Shown here piece after piece: positions 57,778 through 64,000 of a DNA stretch of 64,000 nucleotides. The stretch spans positions 4,340,001 through 4,404,000 of the forward strand of contig JBHGNT010000017.1 in NCBI GenBank assembly GCA_043228905.1, read 5' to 3'. Position numbers and translations under genes: made by a program. The stretch is from Azolla caroliniana (Eukaryota > Plantae > Polypodiophyta). Every line of letters starts with the position of its first letter. Positions within the stretch are counted from its first letter, which is position 1. The notes below the pieces were generated by a model. The model did not search any database, was not told where the DNA came from, and worked only from the letters and a program-made list of their open reading frames with translations.

Positions 57778-60454
57778 GACTTACAAAATACTACAAAATT
57801 ACAAAAATTGCCTTTTAGGCGTGATCCTCGTTTCATTCCTCCTTTAAGATGTCGAGGATGCTTTCGGGGTCCGGGGAGGTGGTAGGGTGGTCTGGTTGGA
57901 CTGTCAGTGCGGGGGGTTGAGTTTGGTCCGGGGGTGGCATATCTTCTCGGGCGCCCGCCTCGGGTGCGGCTAATTCTTCTAGTGGGGGTGTGGGTTCGTG
58001 GGCGCTGGCCTCTCCTTCGACAGGCTCTGGTACCGTGTGGACGTCCATGGGATGTCTGTTGGCCGGGGCAAGTTCCTCCTGTGCCGTGTCTGTGATCTCC
58101 TTGTTGGGAGGTTCTTCTTTCTGCTCTGTGGCCGTTGGAGGGCTCGTGGGAATGGCTGCGAGTCGTTCTCGTTCGAAGGCTTCTGCTTCCAGGCGAAACA
58201 GCATCTGACCGTCATTGAAGTCCTCCATTATTTGCTCGATTGCCGCGGTGTGAGATTTTGCCAAGGACTGGTAATCCTCGGTTAAATCTGCATGCAGGTT
58301 TTGAATGCTGGCTTCGTCCATTTTGTAGAAGTCGCGGCCCTCCTTCCGTCGGTTCTCGGCGTCGGCGCGTAAAACATACAATTCGGCAGCTTGGGCTGCC
58401 CATTCGTCTCCTGCATGACTTAATGTTTCCTCGACCTTTTTGGTAAGGTGCTAGCGCTGTTTCTCGAGCAGTATGCGGATGCGTGTCTCATCCATGTCGG
58501 GCTGTGCTCGGATGGCTGCTAATTCCTGTTTTAAGCCGTCGACCTCGGCCTGAATCTTCTGTGTCTTTAGCTCATAGATGGTCTGACTGTTCTTTGCATC
58601 CCCGGTTACGAGCTGGAGAGCCTGCTCGTAACGCTTGGTGAGTTCTTCGGTGGCCTACTCCTGTTCTTTCTAACATGTTGTCGCGTTGTTACGCGCGTGC
58701 ATGGAGAAAGGCAGGACCACGGGGGTCTTGGACTAGAGAGCGATGGAGCGTAGGAAGTCGTGCTTCACTGTTTCCGGGGCATCCCAGAAACACACCGGAA
58801 GCAACCGAAGGGAGAGAGAGAGAGATTAACACCGACTCACACACACACACACACACACAGCCACACACTCGTACACACAACTCGACTCGACTCGTGCCTT
58901 ATGTACAGAAAACGCAGGAGAGGGTAAGCACCCGACGCCAACAGCGACGCGAATATACACAGACAAACGTAAACGTATATGTATGTATATATATAAAGAA
59001 TACATTCCCGGCTTCGAGTCGGACCAAGATAGCTTACAACAGTCGTCTGTTGTCAAGCCGCCGTCGGGGAGCAGTCGGGCTCGTCACGCCGAGCGGGGTC
59101 TTGCACAGGAGATGAGCTGCAGCAAACCCTAAGCGAACACGAAGGAGAAGAAGAAGAAGAAGAAGCTAACTCTAAACCTAACGGTATACCCTCTAATGCA
59201 AAATGGGCAACCCCTTCACAAAGGGCGTTCCCTTCCTTTTATAGAACAAGGAAAGGGATGCGTTACAATGTGGGACAAATCCCGACTTACATGGGATTGT
59301 CTGTCCCGACTTAACTACTCTTCGGCGGCATAAAGGCGCCCTCGATATTCACACTAAATGTACATGGGTGCGTACACACGCTGCACCCCGCCGATGTAGC
59401 CAATGTTTCCCGGTTTCCGCTTGTGGACGAAAATCTTCACGACATCCGCCCCCACCTAACCGCACATCCACCGGTATGTGCCAAGTCCAGTTGAAGGGTG
59501 AGAGATTTCGGCCGGTGAGAAACCGATCTTCCGTGATCCGCATCTCGGCTTGCTGCCGGTTTGATCCGTCGGCTTCGAGTCTTCCTTCGCGCTCGCCTCC
59601 CCGTAGGCTCGTTCGACCCGTCGATGGGTCCTCTGCCGCGATCTCCATAGTACGCGTTCTTTCGTTGGCCCTCGTTAGGCCGTATGAACGCCCCGCTTCC
59701 CGCCGTATGCCCGATGTCCTCCGCTTGAGGCATGCCCATAGTGGCCCGCTTGGCCTCCGTTGTCCAATCGCGATGTCCCGATGGTGTTTCGCGTTGCCTT
59801 CGTCCTTCCGCCGCCACCTCCCTTCTCCATGGTCTTACATTGTCGCGTCGGCTCGAACCGCCATGGTCTCCAGAACGGTGTGGGGATCCCTTTCCGGTCT
59901 GATCGTGCATCGCTGCTCACCCGCATACCGGTGTCCTTTGCATCCGAGGAACACCCCGTAGTAGCCCGCTTGGCCCTTCCCGTCTTCGTGCTACCGCGAT
60001 AGGTCCTGAGTCTTCCACTTGCCGTCGTCCCCTCGCCCCCACCAGCTTGTCATCCCGGCTTGCCGTGTCAGTCTTTGCTACTTCGACGGAGCTACCGAGA
60101 TCTACGAAGCGAGTGTCGAGGATCCTCCTCCGGCCTCTCTTGCCATCCCCTGACTCCGACCCTGTGTAGTCCACTAGGCACTTGTGACGTCGTTCCCGGC
60201 ACCTCCCTCGTGCCGTCTTCCGCTACCTTTGTTCGGCACCGCCCGTGCCGAACACCGTCCCGTAGTCACGCTTTGATCCAGCCCGCGATGGCCACTTGCG
60301 AGACTCATGTTCTGTCCAAGGTGTGCCTTTCCGGCTGACACACCTCTCCGTGTTTGCCCTTACCGGCTCCTTCTGAAACCTCGTGTCGTCGGGTCCCATT
60401 CCCTACCGCCACCATCCTTCTCCCTCGGTCTCACGTTGCCACGTTGGCCGAATT

Positions 60455-60875
60455 GCCGAAGTCTCCGGATCAGTGTGAGGGTCCCATAGGACCGGACTTC
60501 CTTACGCCCATTGTCTTCGTCACCTCGCCGCCACCGTCAGTATCTTGGTCTTACGTCGACCGCGTTGCCGACTGCCGAAGTCTCTAGAACCAGTGTGAAG
60601 GATCCTCCGTCAACCGCCCTTCCGTAGCCCCTTTTGTCTTCGTCACCTCGCCGCCATCATCAGTATCTTGGTCTTACGTCGACCGCGTTGCCGACTTCCG
60701 AAGTCTCTAGAACCGGTGTGAAGGATCCTCCGTAGACTGCCCTTCCGTAGCCCCTTTTGTCTTCGTCACCTCGCCGCCACTGTCAGTATCTTGGTCTTAC
60801 GTCGACCGCGTTGCCGATTGCCGAAGTCTCTAGAACCGGTGTGAAGGATCCTCCGTACACCGCCGATTTGTCTTC
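60455..60875. repeat. Tandem 123-bp repeat (3+ copies) inside element F
   Basis: tgtcttcgtcacctcgccgcca starts at 60512, 60635 and 60758. Confidence 0.92.
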
Positions 60876-61890
60876 CTGACCCGATCCCGGGTCGTCCTTT
60901 TCCACATGCCGAGAGGGTAGTTTACTCTGCACCCTCTCCCGTGGTACCGACGTACCGTGTCCTCGGCCTCTTCGTAGGCCTGCTCTCTTCCTCCCTCCCG
61001 GAATGGTTATCCAGGAGCCCGCTCTGCCCGGTTCTCGTCCGTAATCTCAACCTTCGCCCAGTCGGTCTTTCTCCCCATGTAAAAGAGGGCGGCCCCTTCA
61101 TGCCGGTCCCGTACCCCCTTCCGTATTGGCCCCTTCATGCCGAATCTGGCCCCGATCGAATGGCCCACGACCGGATCACGCTTTACCCGTATCGGAATGC
61201 TGATCTCCACGTGTCGTGTCCGTCCTCGGCCTCCTCGCAGGCCTTTTCCCATCCGTCTTCACTGGCATCGCGCATGGACTCCTCGGTACCGCCATCCATC
61301 TCCTCGGTCTTACACGGGCATACGGGCCAAATTGCCGAGTTCTCTGGAATCGGGTTCGTGGGCTTTTGTCCGCTCCTTCCCCATATCGTCTCGCCGGTGA
61401 TTCTTGGCCTTTCGCCGCCGCCTTCCTCCGCTTGGGACTCACGTGGGCACTCGGGCCCGACTGCCATCATCTCGGGAGCAAGTGTGGGAAGACACAAAGA
61501 ATCGCCCGTCCGTTTTACGCCCTTGTCCGTAGCCACCGACTCTTCGTGGTCGGCGGTCATTTTCTTACCGATCGCGCAAGCCCCGTCTAGGCTTGCTTCT
61601 CCAAATACCCGGATCTTGGGCTGACATGCCCGAAACCGCTGGTCCCAATGTTCCGATTCCGCGATCGGTATCTCGGCCTCGTCCTTGGCCGTTCTATCTC
61701 TGCAAGTCAAGAGGGCGTTTCGTTCCGCACCCTCTCCCGTGGTACCGTCGTACCGATCTTCCGTTGTCGCGTGGGACAAGTCCGTCTCCTCGGTCTCAGC
61801 TTCTGGCCTCGATCCTCCCTCTTCCTCGAGCATCGCTTTGAGCGCTGCGTACGCCTCCGCAATCCTAGCCCCAACGTCGACCCTTGCCGA

Positions 61891-62574
61891 CTATCTTTGC
61901 CGTTCGGCCTCTTCCCGCTGTGATGGCACGCCGTCACATACCTTCCTCTTAGCCTTCTCGGCTCGCTCGTTGTCTAGCCTTTGGCACACCCTTCCGACCT
62001 TCGACCAGTCCTCCGTAAGCCCATTCGCTCCATCATCGTCTTCGAGCTCAATCCCAATGGCTTCCCGTTCCACTCGGTCGATCAACCTGACGAACAAAAG
62101 GACTTTGTCCGCCCCCACCAAACCTTGTTCCCGCTCTGGGAGCCGAGCAAGTCGTCGCTTGAACTCCCGGAATGCCTTCGTCGCACCCCGGTGGGTCTTT
62201 GCCGATGCTACCCACTGGTCGAAGTCGTGCAGTCCCCAGCTCTTCCGCCGTCCTCCGTATGCTTTCAGGAGCGCCTCTTCGAAGGCCTCCCACGAACTAT
62301 GAGCCTCATTGAGCTCCTTTACTTTCGCATGCATCCGGACAGCCACGGCCCGACAGAAGAACTCCAGCCTCAACGCCTCGTCTACGCCACACTCGTCCAT
62401 TTCCGCATTGTAGGCTTCCAAGTAAGATGGGACTTTGTCCCCGTTGAAACGGGCGACTCTTTCGACCACTCGCTCAACCGCTTGTTGTGCTGCTTCTCGC
62501 CTCATCACCACTCGTGCCGACTCCAACACCATTTCGGCCACCATCTCCGCAAGGTCGTCGTCTTCCGACTCCAT
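61891..62574 (-). CDS. Gag-like (capsid) ORF of element F
   Basis: Begins just after the PBS; RFNGDKVPSYLEAY...RLEFF...SWEAFEEALLKAY resembles the retrotransposon gag F.G....FL..Y / W..F...L...Y pattern. Confidence 0.65.
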   Translation of the reverse strand: MESEDDDLAEMVAEMVLESARVVMRREAAQQAVERVVERVARFNGDKVPSYLEAYNAEMDECGVDEALRLEFFCRAVAVRMHAKVKELNEAHSSWEAFEEALLKAYGGRRKSWGLHDFDQWVASAKTHRGATKAFREFKRRLARLPEREQGLVGADKVLLFVRLIDRVEREAIGIELEDDDGANGLTEDWSKVGRVCQRLDNERAEKAKRKVCDGVPSQREEAERQR

Positions 62575-64000
62575 CCTCCCTTGCCGCCTTTCACGTCGGG
62601 TTCACCAAAGATGTCGCGTTGTTACGCGCGTGCATGGAGAAAGGCGGGACCACGGGGGTCTTGGACTAGAGAGCGATGGAGCGTAGGAAGTCGTGCTTCA
62701 CTGTTTCCGGGGCATCCCAGAAACACACCGGAAGCAACCGAAGGGAGAGAGAGAGAGATTAACACCGACTCACACACACACACACACACACAGCCACACA
62801 CTCGTACACACAACTATACTCGACTCGCGCCTTATGTACAGAAAACGCAGGAGAGGGTAAGCACCCGATGCCAACAGCGACGCGAATATACACAGACAAA
62901 CGTAAACGCATATGTATGTATATATATAAAGAATACATTCCCGGCTTCGAGCCGGACCAAGATAGCTTACAACAGTCGTCTGCTGTCAAGCCGCCGTCGG
63001 GGAGCACTCGGGCTTGTCGCGACGAGCGGGGTCTTGCACAGGAGATGAGCGGTAGCAAACCCTAAGCGAACACGAAGGAGAAGAAGAAGAAGAAGAAGCT
63101 AACTCTAAACCTAACGGTATACCCTCTAATGCAAAATGGGCAACCCCTTCACAAAGGGCGTTCCCTTCCTTTTATAGAACAAGGAAAGGGATGCGTTACA
63201 ATGTGGGACAAATCCCGACTTACATGGGATTGTCTGTCCCGACTTAACTACTCTTCGGCGCCATAAAGGCGCCCTCAATATTCACACTAAATGTACATGG
63301 GTGCGTACACACGCTGCACCCCGCCGATGTAGCCAATGTTTCCCGATTTCCGCTTGTGGACGAAAATCTTCACGACAACGTGGCCCGGATTTGTTCCCGT
63401 TCGACGATTCTCTCTTCTTGTAGGGCGAAGTAGGAATCTGATAAGGCGTCTTTTTGCTCCGAAAGTAGCTTGCATTTGATTAAAAACTTGTCAGCCATCT
63501 CTTTAAGGGTTGTACGCTGACTCTGCAGCTCGGCATTCTCCGCATTCATCCTCTCCTCCCGTTCGCGATTTAAACCTCCTGCCGTTGGTTCCAGTCGTGG
63601 GCATTGCGAGTGCGGCCTGTAGGTCTAGAACCTCCGTCTCTTTCTTCACCACTGTGGTTGCGTATTCCTCCAGCTTGTTTTTGAGTTCGGCTTCCTTGGC
63701 CGCGGCTTGCGCTTGTACCTGGCCTAGTGCTTCTTTCTGCTCGTGTATCCTTTGGTCGGCCTGGGCTCTTATCTCAGCCATCTTCTTGGAAGCTTCTTCT
63801 TTTAGGCGAGCCATCACCTCTTGATGCCGTTGCTCGTGTCTCTCGGCTCACCGTTGTTCTTCTTTAAGCTCCGCACGGTAATCCCGGAGCGGGGGTTCAG
63901 TCTGGGTTGCCACCTCCTTGGTTGCACGAGGTGCGGGTAGTTCGGTTTGCTCCACGGCCGTGGCCGCCTCGGTTATTGTGCAGGCATCGACCATTTGTAA

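Larger units (their letters stand above)
58679..63377 (-). mobile_element. Element F: non-autonomous (gag-only) LTR retrotransposon nested in Gypsy E
   Basis: 766-bp LTRs at 58679-59444 and 62612-63377 (TGTCG...CGACA, about 17 mismatches by eye). PBS TGGTGAACCCGACGTGAA (tRNA-Trp-like) at 62607-62590; PPT-like GGTGGGGGCGGA at 59456-59445; 4-bp TSD atgt/acgt; no pol motifs seen. Confidence 0.9.
57282..64000 (-). mobile_element. Gypsy E: 3' end (3' LTR 57282-57735 plus extra coiled-coil ORF) of a third member of the A/C lineage; continues beyond the window
   Basis: TGTTAC...CAACA 454-bp segment interrupting Copia D. ORF 57833..58381 (LRADAENRRKEGRDFYKMDE...ESILDILKEE) is homologous to the A and C extra-ORF ends; coiled-coil sequence resumes after 63377. 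The partner LTR is not visible. Confidence 0.82.

Noticed and set aside
60455-60875. CRISPR-like array
   Set aside because: Contiguous 123-bp tandem units with no unique spacers, in a eukaryotic LTR element. The same applies to the 191-bp and 100-bp repeats.

Overview
Eukaryotic plant nuclear DNA, probably from a large-genome non-seed plant such as a fern (inference). The first ~21 kb is host sequence: the 3' end of a BDP1-like gene (+), a complete 8-exon SELO/protein adenylyltransferase gene (+), and a convergent PMI1/PMIR-family gene (-) with a 100-N assembly gap. The remaining ~43 kb is a retrotransposon nest, mostly resolved by target-site duplications (TSDs): L1-type LINE < solo LTR < Gypsy A < Copia B < Gypsy C, plus a hAT-type MITE, and Copia D < Gypsy E < non-autonomous LTR element F. 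The most striking observation concerns the three diverged non-chromovirus Gypsy elements A, C and E. None has a polypurine tract (PPT) next to its 3' LTR. Each instead carries, exactly 2 nt before the 3' LTR, the same 40-nt sense copy of a tRNA-Arg(UCU)-like 3' end (T-arm, acceptor strand, CCA), with a co-varying hairpin inserted in the T-loop. On the opposite strand this reads as a second, inverted primer-binding site (PBS), suggesting tRNA-primed or tRNA-mimic-primed plus-strand synthesis. The same family also encodes a ~1000-codon extra ORF after pol. tRNA identities are from memory and were not searched.
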